A model generated the notes under the pieces. It was not told the DNA's origin. It saw only the letters and a list, made by a program, of their open reading frames with translations, and searched no databases. DNA of 64,000 nt from an uncultured Candidatus Binatia bacterium (GTDB lineage Bacteria; Desulfobacterota; Binatia; UBA9968; CAXXLF01): NCBI GenBank assembly GCA_965218425.1, contig OZ244621.1, positions 1,280,001-1,344,000 on the forward strand. The letters are read 5' to 3'. Positions 13,054 to 23,139 of this stretch are shown here, one piece after another (the first letter of the stretch is position 1; every line of letters starts with the position of its first letter). Position numbers and translations under genes: made by a program.

Positions 13054-13093
13054 GAAGCGAGGAGAGTGCCGAAGCCCTTTAAGGCAGAACTCA

Positions 13094-13184
13094 ATTGCCC
13101 ACTGACTAGCTTCGACGGTGAGCTCCCTTCAGGTCTGAGCCTCAGGGTCGAAGAGAGCCGAACCGAGAACTCGTTCCCCGAGGA
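13094..13184 (+). repeat. Terminal motif of the composite repeat with nested REP-like hairpin insertions
   Basis: TTGCCCAC...GAGAACTCGTTCCCCGAGGA interrupted by CTTCGACGGTGAGCT..GAGCCGAACC, which itself contains CCTTCAGGTCTGAGCCTCAGGGTCGAAGA. Confidence 0.65.
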
Positions 13185-13247
13185 AGATGCGGGCTCGGGG
13201 TGCCGCCCTTGAGCTGTTAGCAAGTCAATGCAATTATCAGCGTTATT

Positions 13248-14216
13248 ATGCCCGAACTCCCTGATGTGGTTATATACATCGAAGCTCTTAAGTCCCGGAT
13301 TGTCTCCCAGCCCCTGGAGGGTATCCGATTGGCGAGTCCTTTTTTGCTTCGCTCGGTGGATCCGCCCATCCATGAAGCGCAAGGGAAAAGAGTCCTCGGT
13401 CTTCGCAGACTGGGCAAGAGAATTGTGTTCCACCTCCAGGGGGATCTATTCCTAGTATTTCATCTGATGATCGCAGGACGCTTTCACTGGAAAAGTGCTG
13501 GCGCCAAAGTTCCCGGGCGACTTGGTCTCGCGGCCTTCGACTTCCCCTCCGGAACATTGATTCTAACCGAGGCTGGGACACGCAAACGGGCCTCCCTTCA
13601 TCTCGTGGGGGGCCATGAGGCGTTGCGAAAGCAAGATCCAGGTGGAGTGGAGGTGCTTGAATCGGATCTCGCGACGTTTCGAAACGCGCTGACCCGGGAG
13701 AACCATACCCTAAAGCGAGCGTTAACGGATCCCCGTCTCTTCAGCGGAATAGGGAACGCCTACTCCGACGAGATCCTCCACCGGGCACGACTCTCACCCG
13801 TACGGCTAACCCGGCAACTTGGGGATATGGAGATCGAATCCCTTTACCAGGCTGTGCGTAGCACTCTACAGGAGTGGACGGAGCGGCTCCGGATCCAAGC
13901 AGCCGAAGGCTTTCCTGAGAAGGTTATCGCGTTCCGGGACGGCATGGCAGTACACGGCCGACACCGCAAGCCCTGTCCCGTTTGCGGTTCTGCGGTACAG
14001 CGGATTGTTTACGCGGAAAACGAGACTAACTACTGCGCGCCGTGCCAGTCAGGGGGCAAACTCTTAGCCGACAGAGCCCTGTCACGGCTCCTCAGGGAGG
14101 ATTGGCCCAGGACCCTCGAGGAGTGGGAGGACATTAAAGCAGTCCGGGCACTGGGCTCGGCTACCACGAATCATGAAGGCAACGTGAAACAGAGGCGCCG
14201 CCGACCCGGCGACTAA
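13248..14216 (+). CDS. Fpg/Nei family DNA glycosylase
   Basis: N-terminal MPELPDV, RLGKR, GIGNAYSDEIL (H2TH), CxxC..CxxC zinc finger. Confidence 0.93.
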   Translation: MPELPDVVIYIEALKSRIVSQPLEGIRLASPFLLRSVDPPIHEAQGKRVLGLRRLGKRIVFHLQGDLFLVFHLMIAGRFHWKSAGAKVPGRLGLAAFDFPSGTLILTEAGTRKRASLHLVGGHEALRKQDPGGVEVLESDLATFRNALTRENHTLKRALTDPRLFSGIGNAYSDEILHRARLSPVRLTRQLGDMEIESLYQAVRSTLQEWTERLRIQAAEGFPEKVIAFRDGMAVHGRHRKPCPVCGSAVQRIVYAENETNYCAPCQSGGKLLADRALSRLLREDWPRTLEEWEDIKAVRALGSATTNHEGNVKQRRRRPGD

Positions 14217-14218
14217 CT

Positions 14219-14855
14219 CTACTTTGCTTCCCTGATCATATTCAGGACTTGATCCGTGGTTCGAACGCGGGCCATGCGGGGAAAGACCAAGTCCATCAGA
14301 GCGTCAAGGGCGCGCTGGTCGTGGGAGGTGGTGCACGCATCGCGTACGATGACCATGTTGTAATCTGCATCCCTGCCGGAATAGACAGTGGACGCTACGC
14401 CCACCTCAGTGGAGCCACCCGAGATGATGATGGTGTCGATCCCGCGAGCCCGCAAGGACAAGTCCAGGCATGTCTGGTAAAAGGCGCTCCAACGGTACTT
14501 GGGGATGTAGTAGTCCTCGGGGCGGGGGTCAAGCTCAGATGGGATCTCGGAGCTACTGTGCCCTGCCATGATACTCGGCTTGTTTTTTGTAATGATACCA
14601 TCGGGCCATGGTTGGAGACCCATGGTGGTATCGGTGATAATGGTGGCAGAGGAGGCACCATCCGGTCGGTGGTTACCCTTGGCAAAGAAAATCGGGATAC
14701 GAGCCGCCCGTGCGGCTTTCATGAGGCGTATGGAATTGTCTGCCATTGGCCTTATGGCCGGTTTGATGGCGCCCTCAGGGGTGTACCAGTAGCCTTTTAA
14801 GGTATCGAAATAGAGAATCGCTGTTTTTTCCAGCTCCATGTCATTGAGACCCATT
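14219..14855 (-). CDS. Isochorismatase-family (cysteine hydrolase fold) protein
   Basis: KYRWSAF..T.LD..LR..GIDTII, VRDAC; has its own AGGAGG RBS before ATG 14855. Confidence 0.85.
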
Positions 14856-14873
14856 GATCTATACCTCCTTAGA

Positions 14874-15637
14874 TTAGCGTATTTTGACTCCTTGCCTTTT
14901 TTTTCCTCCGCCACTTTCCATCCTCCTTCTGCGTACCATTCTACTTGACGAAAGAGGCCCATGAGAATTCGGACGTCTTTTTCCTCTAGACCGGCTCGGC
15001 CGAGGATACGGCGCAGGGCTAAAAGAATATGATCGGGATTGTGGGAGTCCAGGAAGCCGATTTTAAGTAGAGAGCTCCTCATCTTGTCAAATAGCCGCTC
15101 GACGTTTTCCGCACGAGCACGGTGTAGCGCCTCATGGGAGACGCTTTCCATGGAGGCTAGGAACAGCTCGTAGAGGCAAACCATGACCGCCTGAGCCATG
15201 TTGAGGGAAGGATAGTCGGGGTGGGTGGGGATCGTGATTAGACCCTGGCAGTACCTGAGGTCCCGTCTGTCCAGACCGTGGTCCTCCGGTCCAAAGACCA
15301 GTGCCACGGGGGGCGAATTGCCGTCGGCGGCTGCGACCATTTTCGGAGCGACATCCCTCAGAGGTCGGCTGTGGCTTCGATAGAGCCCGCCCCGGCAGGT
15401 GGTGCCCATGACCAAACCGCAATCGGCCACCGCTTCACGCAAGGTGTCGAACCTCCGAGTCTCCTTGAGCAACTCCTTAGCGTGAACGGCCATGGCCCTG
15501 GCCCAGAAACTCTGAGTCCGTCCCTTACCCACGATGGCCAGGTCTCTGAGCCCTGTGTTTTTCATGGACCGAGCCACCGCTCCAATGTTGCCGGAGCCCC
15601 TAGGTCTGACCAGTACAATACGAATGTTCTCTAACAT
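14874..15637 (-). CDS. trmJ: tRNA/rRNA 2'-O-methyltransferase, TrmJ family (SPOUT); natural stop probably TAA at 14874-14876, put out of frame by an A8 tract
   Basis: NIRIVLVRP..GNIGAVAR, VFGPED, SLNMAQAV; one extra A gives ...EEKKRQGVKIR* directly before the next gene's RBS. Confidence 0.85.
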
Positions 15638-15658
15638 ATTCTGTCCCTGTCCGTTCCC

Positions 15659-16315
15659 CTACTGCCTGGCGAAGGGACATAGCCTGTTTTTGAGGATCAC
15701 TTCACGGCTACGCTGATCAAACTCTGTCCTGTAAGCGAAATTGCGGTTCATGATGGATGTGGGATCGTCGTTATGTTCGGCGCCAAAGACATGCCCCATT
15801 TCATGGATCACCGCCAAGACGTCCCATTCGATGTCAGGGGATTGGGACCGGTAACGAAAGGGATCCGTCACGGCGCTCACCATGTAACTGGCTAATCCCT
15901 CCTGACAGTCTCCTAGACGATCGACCCGTGCCCTGCCACTTCCGATTCGGTCCACACTTTCCCCGGTAAAGCCAATGATCATGTCAAACTCTTCCTTCCT
16001 CTCCTTTAGAGGAAACTTTTCTTTAAGCCGAGCGAGCAAAACCCGGGTGGACTTACTCCTTTCCACCAGCGGCCATGGGGAGACTTTCGCCACCATAAAG
16101 CTAATTCTAAATTCCCTTTCAAAGTAATCCGAGGTTGCCTGAACCAATCCCTTCACGGTATTTGTCCAATTGCGATCGGCCTGTTGCAAGGAGGAATCAC
16201 CCAACACCTCCACACGAACCACCCGCAGGGGTTTCCCTTGCGGCGTTGGGCCCACGGCGCAAGATGACCCCAGCAGAAGAACCAAACCAACCCCTACTCG
16301 ACAAATGTTTGCCAA
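15659..16315 (-). CDS. Secreted/lipoprotein zinc metalloprotease (metzincin-like); start uncertain
   Basis: HEMGHVFGAEH plus SIM Met-turn; lipobox-like LLLGSSC. Confidence 0.75.
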   Translation of the reverse strand: MANICRVGVGLVLLLGSSCAVGPTPQGKPLRVVRVEVLGDSSLQQADRNWTNTVKGLVQATSDYFEREFRISFMVAKVSPWPLVERSKSTRVLLARLKEKFPLKERKEEFDMIIGFTGESVDRIGSGRARVDRLGDCQEGLASYMVSAVTDPFRYRSQSPDIEWDVLAVIHEMGHVFGAEHNDDPTSIMNRNFAYRTEFDQRSREVILKNRLCPFARQ

Positions 16316-16331
16316 TTCAATTGGTTTGTGG

Positions 16332-17843
16332 CTAGTAATTTTGCAAAAGGCTATCCGTGGGTGCGTAGTCATCCGTGAGTTCAGGGACATCATCAGCGGG
16401 AATGGGTCCGTCGTAGTAGGAATCGGTGATATCCTTCAGGGAATCGGGAAACAATCCACGCCCCAGGGATGCGGCCCGTTTCATGATCTCCTGGATACTC
16501 ACTCTCGTGGGATCTTTACTGGCCACGATGATGACGTTTTGAGAATTCCACAGACTATCTTCGTCCGACCCGAGAGTTGGAAAGATGTAAATCTGTGGGA
16601 AAATACCCCTAATGGTCTTAATCATGGAACGCACAATCTTACTCCTCGGGCCAGTCACGGAACCAATCATATTGACCACTACGGCTCCATTTGAAGTGAG
16701 CTTGCCGTGTGCAATCTGAAAGAACTCCCGCGTGGTGAGATGAAACGGCACGGCGTCCGCATAATAGGCGTCAAGCAGGATAATGTCGTAAAGCCGAGGT
16801 GCACGCATCAAAAAAAGGCGGCCGTCCTGGGCGTGGACCCTTACGTTCTTGCTTTCTTTGAAATGAAAATATTTCTTTGCCACATGGATGACCTCCGGGT
16901 CGATCTCTGCCACGTCGAGATCCATGGAGGGGAACTCGTGGCTGTATTTTTTGGCAATGGAACCGCCCCCCAGACCAATGATCAGTACCTTTTGGGGGAC
17001 AGGCTTTAGCGTGAGTCCCACAGAGGTGAAGCGCGGGTAACTCAGCCGCAATGAAGTGGGATCGTCCAAATTCATGGCGCTCTGAAGCGTGCGGTCGAAA
17101 TAGAGGTATCGGGCCTCGGAGTCCTGCTCGACCCGGATCCTGTGATAGAAGGTGTCCTTCTCAAAGATGATCTTTGCCCTAGCCAAGCCCGTGGAGGCCA
17201 TAAATCCAGATACCATAGCCAGCCAGAAAATTGTAACAGCTCTCCTGGAGCGGTGCAGGTAAAAGACCGCACCGGTGAGCAGGGTCAGACACAGGAGGGT
17301 CAGGCCTAGGGAGTGGACGATCCCAGTAACACCGAGAATAGGGATCAGATAAAAGGCGGTGAACAGGGTTCCAAAGATACTTCCCGCGGTGGACAGGGCG
17401 TAAAGAGTGCCGACGGTACTTCCAACGGTGGTGAGGGCCGTGGCGCTAAGGCGAACGGCGTAAGGTGAAACGGTACCCAAAAAAATGCTGGGGGGTAGGA
17501 AATAGATCATGCTGGCTATGAGGGGGTTCATTCTATTACCGAAATTTACATTGGCAATCCAGTAATTGACATGGGGATAAATGAAAGGGAGGAAAAAAAT
17601 GAGTACGCCGGGGATCACGAGCAGTACGAGAAGCCCCAGAAAGGAAGGACTACGGGTGGAAAGCCAACCACCCCAGTAATAACCGAGGCTCAGAGCCGCC
17701 AGTACTACGGAGATCAAGCTCCCCCAGACAAAAATAGAATTACCGAAGTAAGGGGCAAGGACCCGGCTACCAATAATTTCGAGACCCATGAGCACGGCTC
17801 CGCTAATAAAGACAATAAAATGTAGTAGACATTGATTTTTCAT
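16332..17843 (-). CDS. Membrane-domain / spermidine-synthase-like SAM-dependent transferase fusion
   Basis: Multiple TM helices, then IIGLGGG, EIDPEV, DGR and LDAY motifs. Confidence 0.85.
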   Translation of the reverse strand: MKNQCLLHFIVFISGAVLMGLEIIGSRVLAPYFGNSIFVWGSLISVVLAALSLGYYWGGWLSTRSPSFLGLLVLLVIPGVLIFFLPFIYPHVNYWIANVNFGNRMNPLIASMIYFLPPSIFLGTVSPYAVRLSATALTTVGSTVGTLYALSTAGSIFGTLFTAFYLIPILGVTGIVHSLGLTLLCLTLLTGAVFYLHRSRRAVTIFWLAMVSGFMASTGLARAKIIFEKDTFYHRIRVEQDSEARYLYFDRTLQSAMNLDDPTSLRLSYPRFTSVGLTLKPVPQKVLIIGLGGGSIAKKYSHEFPSMDLDVAEIDPEVIHVAKKYFHFKESKNVRVHAQDGRLFLMRAPRLYDIILLDAYYADAVPFHLTTREFFQIAHGKLTSNGAVVVNMIGSVTGPRSKIVRSMIKTIRGIFPQIYIFPTLGSDEDSLWNSQNVIIVASKDPTRVSIQEIMKRAASLGRGLFPDSLKDITDSYYDGPIPADDVPELTDDYAPTDSLLQNY

Positions 17844-17870
17844 GGATGTGCATCCTTGGCCTTTGAACAA

Positions 17871-19871
17871 TCAGATTCCCCATGTTTCTTGCTCACCTTC
17901 TTCCACTAGAGAGACCGGCTCCAATAGTTCCTCGGGAATGTCCTCGATAAACTGAGACGGGCGGGAGAGTACCGTGGACATGGAACGGTCGTAAACCTTG
18001 ATGGGGTAGCTAATGTAAAGATTCTCTTTTGCCCTAGTGGCTGCCACGTAGAGCAGCCTTCTTTCTTCCTCCAACTCTTCCTCCGTGTTGACGTTGTAAA
18101 AGGATGGGAATCGACCCTCTAAAGCCCAAATGATAAAGACGGAATTCCATTCCAATCCTTTAGCGGAATGGATGGTGGAAAGCACTAGGGGACCTTCGTC
18201 GGGGTCCACGGCCAGCACACCCCCCACGCTATCCGAAGGAGGTTCTAGAGCCATGTCGCTGAGGAGCCGTTCGAGGCTGGCGTACCGCTCGGTCATGCTC
18301 AGGAAATGTTCGAGATCTCTGGCACGTTTGGGGTGGTCATCGGGGTATTTCCGCTTGAGGATGGGCAGATAGTACTGGGTCAAGTATTGGGCTTGTTGAG
18401 GCGGACGAGTCCACTCCTCGCAAGCCTCCAGAACCTGAGCCAATGTCTTTAAACCCACGGCAACCTTTCCTTTGGCATTAAAAGAACGGAGTCTCTCCCA
18501 GGGAAGTTCTCCCTCTGACATCCATTGGATCACCTTCTGGCACAACTGCGGTCCGACACCTTCCAGTAACAAAAGCGCGCGGCCCCACGAAACGGTGTCC
18601 CGCGGATTATAGGTGATCCTGAGATGGGCAAGAAGGTCCTTGATGTGAGCGCTCTCCATAAATTGAAAACCTCCGCGCTTGACGAAGGGTATATTGTGCC
18701 GGGTCAACTCGATCTCCAAGTCAAAGGAATGGAAACTGGAACGAAACAACACCGCAATATCCCAAAGGGGGACCCCTTCTTCTCTCAGCTCCAGCACCTT
18801 CTGGCAAACGAAGCGGGACTGCATCTGCTCATTCTCTGCTCGGACCAACAATGGGACCTCTCCATTACTCTTGCGGGTAAAGAGGTTCTTGTCATATCTT
18901 TCCTTTGCCCGACGTATGATTTCGTTAGTAAAACTGAGGACAGGTTGTGTGCTGCGATAGTTCTCTTCCAGATAGATGAGTTTGGTGCCGGGAAAATCCG
19001 TTGGGAAATCCATAATATTACGGAAATTGGCCCCCCGGAAAGAGTAGATGCTCTGGGCGTCGTCTCCCACCACCATGACGTTATTGTGGGTGGCAGCCAA
19101 TAGGCGGATGATCTGGGACTGAAGGCGATTGGTGTCCTGGTATTCGTCCACCAGAATATAGCGGTAACGGTCGGACAGATGGCAGCGCACCTCCTCGTGG
19201 TCCGAGAGGAGATCTCTGAGCTGGATCAACAGGTCATCATAGTCCAGCAGGATTCTTCCCCGCTTATAGTCTGTGTAGCGTTGGCATAGGGTGAGGAGGT
19301 CGTCGAGGAACTCGAAGAGGTGGGGGTAGTCCTTCTCGATGAGATCCGAGATGGACGACTGCTTGTTGAGGGCCATGCTGTGAATCTCCGCCACTGTCTG
19401 CTTTCGGGGAAATCTTTTCTCCTTGGTATTGAGTCCCATTGTTGTGCGCAGGTGCTGTATGACATCCTCGCTGTCCGTTCGGTCCATGATGCTGAAGGCA
19501 CCCGCAAGGCCAAGTTTTCGTCCGTACTGACGCAAGACCATATTGGCAAAGGAATGAAAGGTTCCACCGGCCACTTTCTCGCAACGGTTATCCATGAGGA
19601 GGCTGGCCCTCCTGAGCATTTCTTCAGCAGCTCGACGGGTAAAGGTCAGCAGCAAGATGGATTGGGGGTCGACTCCCAGGTCCACCAGACGTGCCACGCG
19701 GTATACGAGAGTCCGGGTCTTGCCTGTGCCAGCACCGGCAATCACCAGGAGTGGTCCGTCCATGGTGGTCACTGCGGCGTGTTGTCCATCGTTTAGTTCC
19801 TCCCGGTAATCAATGCCCGAGGGACTGCGGGGCGGTTCGCCACTTCTCTTTAAAAGATACTTTCGCTCCAA
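17871..19871 (-). CDS. UvrD/Rep/PcrA-family ATP-dependent DNA helicase
   Basis: AGAGTGKT, VDEYQD, GDDAQSIY, NYRS, TIHSAKGLEW, LLYVAATRA; TTG start after GGAGG. Confidence 0.95.
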   Translation of the reverse strand: MERKYLLKRSGEPPRSPSGIDYREELNDGQHAAVTTMDGPLLVIAGAGTGKTRTLVYRVARLVDLGVDPQSILLLTFTRRAAEEMLRRASLLMDNRCEKVAGGTFHSFANMVLRQYGRKLGLAGAFSIMDRTDSEDVIQHLRTTMGLNTKEKRFPRKQTVAEIHSMALNKQSSISDLIEKDYPHLFEFLDDLLTLCQRYTDYKRGRILLDYDDLLIQLRDLLSDHEEVRCHLSDRYRYILVDEYQDTNRLQSQIIRLLAATHNNVMVVGDDAQSIYSFRGANFRNIMDFPTDFPGTKLIYLEENYRSTQPVLSFTNEIIRRAKERYDKNLFTRKSNGEVPLLVRAENEQMQSRFVCQKVLELREEGVPLWDIAVLFRSSFHSFDLEIELTRHNIPFVKRGGFQFMESAHIKDLLAHLRITYNPRDTVSWGRALLLLEGVGPQLCQKVIQWMSEGELPWERLRSFNAKGKVAVGLKTLAQVLEACEEWTRPPQQAQYLTQYYLPILKRKYPDDHPKRARDLEHFLSMTERYASLERLLSDMALEPPSDSVGGVLAVDPDEGPLVLSTIHSAKGLEWNSVFIIWALEGRFPSFYNVNTEEELEEERRLLYVAATRAKENLYISYPIKVYDRSMSTVLSRPSQFIEDIPEELLEPVSLVEEGEQETWGI

Positions 19872-20013
19872 ATGAACTCCTCCAATTGCCACTAAACCTA
19901 CTAATTTTCCGTAACAGGGGCAAGGTGCCGTGCAACTCGGTAACCGAGGCTAGGGGTAGTGGGTTGCATGGATCTGTTGCTTTTCTGTGGTATTTTTTCT
20001 ACAAGGGCGAAAT

Positions 20014-20364
20014 ATGAAAATTCTTCGACTTTACACAGGCACCGATGGGGAGTCGCATTTCCAGGAGCAGGAGATGGACTTTAAGCCAAGGGGGAACGCT
20101 ACGGAAACAACCCCGGTGCAAGATGCCACCGACATCGCCTTTCGCAGTGCCCCTCCCGGCCACGCGCAGGACTGGCACCCGGCGCCGCGCCGCCAATATG
20201 TGATCACTTTGTCTGGACAGGGTGAGATCGAAATCGGTGACGGGACCATTCGACGCTTTGGGCCAGGCGACGTTATGCTAGCCGACGATTTAACCGGACG
20301 GGGTCACATCACGCGCTCTGTGGGGTCCGAACCGCGGGTCTATGCCACCATCCCGCTGAAATGA
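20014..20364 (+). CDS. Small cupin-fold protein
   Basis: YTGTDGESHF, WHPAPRRQY, DDLTGRGH. Confidence 0.8.
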   Translation: MKILRLYTGTDGESHFQEQEMDFKPRGNATETTPVQDATDIAFRSAPPGHAQDWHPAPRRQYVITLSGQGEIEIGDGTIRRFGPGDVMLADDLTGRGHITRSVGSEPRVYATIPLK

Positions 20365-20418
20365 AGCCACAACGGGTTTACACCTATGGTGTCCTTCATT
20401 TCATAAGGTTAAGAGTCA

Positions 20419-20768
20419 ATGAGAATGGTGAGGATCTTTACCGGGACAGACGATCAGTCCCATTTCGAGGATCTAGAGTTTGAGTTTGCCCCTCGGGGCG
20501 ATGCCACAGTCACCACCCCCCCCAAGGCGCGACCGAAGTCTTTTTTCGCCGTGCCGCTCCCGGCTACGTCAACGATTGGTACCAGGCTCCAAGACGCCAA
20601 TATGTCATCACGCTTTCGGGCCGGTGGGAAGTCGAAGTGGGTGACGGATCGAAACGGAGCTTCAGTGCCGGAGGCATCCTCCTGGCAGAGGATGTGACCG
20701 GACAAGGCCACAAGTCAAAGGTCCTGGGATCTCAACCTCGAATTTACGCCTTCGTTCCATTGAAATAA
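20419..20768 (+). pseudogene. Tandem paralog of the preceding cupin, frameshifted at a C8 tract (20516-20523)
   Basis: One extra C restores ...PPQGATEVFFRRAAPGYVNDWYQAPRRQYVITLSG...EDVTGQGH...VPLK* (TAA 20766-20768). Confidence 0.85.
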
Positions 20769-20955
20769 TTGATCAATCCCTCAAGACCACGCTCCTCCGA
20801 CATCAGGTTCTGCGCATTTTCCCCTGGCGCGGGTCAGCCACCTCGAGTTGAATTTGACCGGTGCCTATGTAAACCTAGGTTTTGACCCGTGCCGATGCAA
20901 CCGATTTTGATTAGGCACAAATATCAACCTTTCACGATTTCGTAATAACAAAGAT

Positions 20956-22353
20956 ATGGAACAGGCCAAAAATCTCCTAAGAGAGATACCCTCGGTGGAC
21001 CGCCTGCTAAAGCATACCCGAAGCGTGCGTCTCCTGGAGCGTTACAATCGCGAATATGTCACTCGAAAATGCAGAGAATGCGTGGATGAGATACGGAAGG
21101 CACTGCGACAAGGCAAAACGCTAAAGCATGAGGCATTAGAGGAAGAGTCGATCCTAGATCGAATTGAAGTAAAGATTGCCTCGGAGAGCGAGCCAAAACT
21201 CAAGCAGGTCGTTAATGCCACAGGCACAGTACTGCACACGAATCTCGGACGTGCGGTCTTGCCCCAGGCGGCTATGGATGCCCTTAGCACCATCGGTCGC
21301 CATCCCGTAAATCTAGAATATGACCTCTCCAAGGGAAAACGCGGCAAGAGGGAAGAACCCATTGAGAATGCCCTCCTTGAGCTCACGGGTGCACCGGCCG
21401 CCACGGTTGTGAACAATAATGCCGCGGCGGTGTTGCTGGGCTTGAATACCCTCGCATTTGGCAGGGAGGTAATCGTGTCCCGCGGAGAACTAATCGAGAT
21501 TGGCGGCTCTTTCCGGATTCCAGAGATCATGGAAAAAAGCGGTGCTATTCTCAAGGAGGTGGGGAGCACCAATCGCACCCACCCCGGGGACTATGAGAAG
21601 GCCATCACCAAAAGGACAGCCTTACTACTTAAAGTGCACACGAGTAACTACCGGATCGTCGGATTCTCCTCCGAGGTAGATCTCCATGACCTCGTGGCCA
21701 TAGGGAAGAAACACAAGGTCCCCGTCATGGAGGACCTAGGCAGCGGTGCCTTCGTAGACCTGGGTCAATACGGGCTACCAAAGGAACCATTAGTGGCGGA
21801 ACGGATCGCCCTGGGCGCAGATGTGGTAACCTTTAGCGGCGACAAAATACTGGGGGGGCCCCAGGCAGGGCTCATCGTTGGCAAGGAGCTCTGGATCAAC
21901 CGCATGAACCGCAACCCCCTCAAGAGGGCGCTACGCTGTGGCAAGCTCACATTGGGTGTATTGGAAGCGGTCCTGAGGCTCTATCAACAATCTCTCGATG
22001 TCACCCAATCGATCCCCACACTGAAGGCCTTCACACGCCCTCTTGAAGAGATCGAAGAGATGGGGAAACGTCTCCTGCCCCTCCTTGAAAAGACCCTCGG
22101 AGAAGGGTTCCTGGTAAGCCTAGAGGATTCTGGTTCTGAGATCGGCAGCGGTTCGCTCCCCACGGAAGAGATTCCTACCAAGGTCATCGCTATTCACCAT
22201 GGAGGCATAGGGGCTCAAAAGATCGCTCGGTTGTTCCGTGTGTCAGATCCGCCGATACTGGGTCGGGTCAAGGACGGCCGCTTTCTGCTGGATTTGAGGG
22301 CAATCTTCAATCCTGAAGACTTGATCCCTCGACCAACGACTTATACCTCCTAA
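20956..22353 (+). CDS. selA: L-seryl-tRNA(Sec) selenium transferase
   Basis: NATGTVLHTNLGRA, VNNNAAA, EIGGSFRIP, SGDKILGGPQAG. Confidence 0.97.
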   Translation: MEQAKNLLREIPSVDRLLKHTRSVRLLERYNREYVTRKCRECVDEIRKALRQGKTLKHEALEEESILDRIEVKIASESEPKLKQVVNATGTVLHTNLGRAVLPQAAMDALSTIGRHPVNLEYDLSKGKRGKREEPIENALLELTGAPAATVVNNNAAAVLLGLNTLAFGREVIVSRGELIEIGGSFRIPEIMEKSGAILKEVGSTNRTHPGDYEKAITKRTALLLKVHTSNYRIVGFSSEVDLHDLVAIGKKHKVPVMEDLGSGAFVDLGQYGLPKEPLVAERIALGADVVTFSGDKILGGPQAGLIVGKELWINRMNRNPLKRALRCGKLTLGVLEAVLRLYQQSLDVTQSIPTLKAFTRPLEEIEEMGKRLLPLLEKTLGEGFLVSLEDSGSEIGSGSLPTEEIPTKVIAIHHGGIGAQKIARLFRVSDPPILGRVKDGRFLLDLRAIFNPEDLIPRPTTYTS

Positions 22354-22903
22354 TGAGGCCCCCCTTTTCGGCAAAATCCTGCAAGGCAATCTCGAGCATC
22401 CGGCGACCACGGAATACCCTTGATCGCAATGGGGCATTTCATTACGCTTGCGGCCTCCTCATAGCTCAATTCATTTATATCCACCGGATTCACTGCCCTG
22501 CGGTAGTCGAGGGGCAACTCATTCAAAGCCTCTTCCACTCCCTCATGCATAAGATACCATAAGAACAAGTTCTCGGGGTCCCCTCTTTCCATCGTTTCCT
22601 CCTGCTCCACAGCGAAACCGGACACCTCATCCAAACACCCACAGTCAACCATTTCTGGCTGTTTTTTCATGTGACGATACCGATTAACGAAAAGGCGCCG
22701 TAAAATGGACACAAGCCAAGCTTTGCAGTTGGATCCCATCTCAAATTTATCAAAAAAGCGAAAGGCACGAAGATACGTTTCTTGGACAAGGTCCTCTGCC
22801 CTTGCCTTCTTCTTTGTCAGGTAGGAAGCGACCTTATACGGATAGGAATGCTGGGCAAGGCAACCCTTTCAAATTCCGTCTCTAACGCCCGCTTGCGTTC
22901 CAT
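22350..22903 (-). pseudogene. ECF sigma-70 factor with two frameshifts
   Basis: MERKRALETEFERVALP, shift, YLTKKKARAEDLVQETYLRAFRFFDKF...KAWL...LSYEEAASVMKCPI, shift, RSRVFRGRRML. Confidence 0.8.
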
Positions 22904-22931
22904 GGATTGGCCGTGCCATTGTGCCAACCTC

Positions 22932-23039
22932 CCTTCGGTCCGAGCCCCAGGGTTTGAGTACCACCGAGCCGTTTACCCCGAACCACCCGTCGAGAGCCTC
23001 TGGGTCGAACGACACAATGCCCCGGACGTGAGTCCGGGG
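22932..23039 (+). repeat. Cluster of REP-like hairpins
   Basis: CCTTCGGTCCGAGCCCCAGGG and GTCGAGAGCCTCTGGGTCGAACGAC resemble 13126-13154; perfect hairpin CCCCGGAC-GTGA-GTCCGGGG at 23020-23039. Confidence 0.55.
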
Positions 23040-23139
23040 ATGGACGCGTACCAACTCCATCAAGGAAAGACAAATTGTCCCCTATCCAGCACTGTTGGAG
23101 GGGTTAATGCTCCAAATGATGAGACTGCAAGGGGAACGT

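Noticed and set aside
22790..22870. SRP-RNA-like TCAGGTAGGAAG motif
   Set aside because: It lies within the ECF sigma pseudogene on the opposite strand and lacks the long SRP stem.
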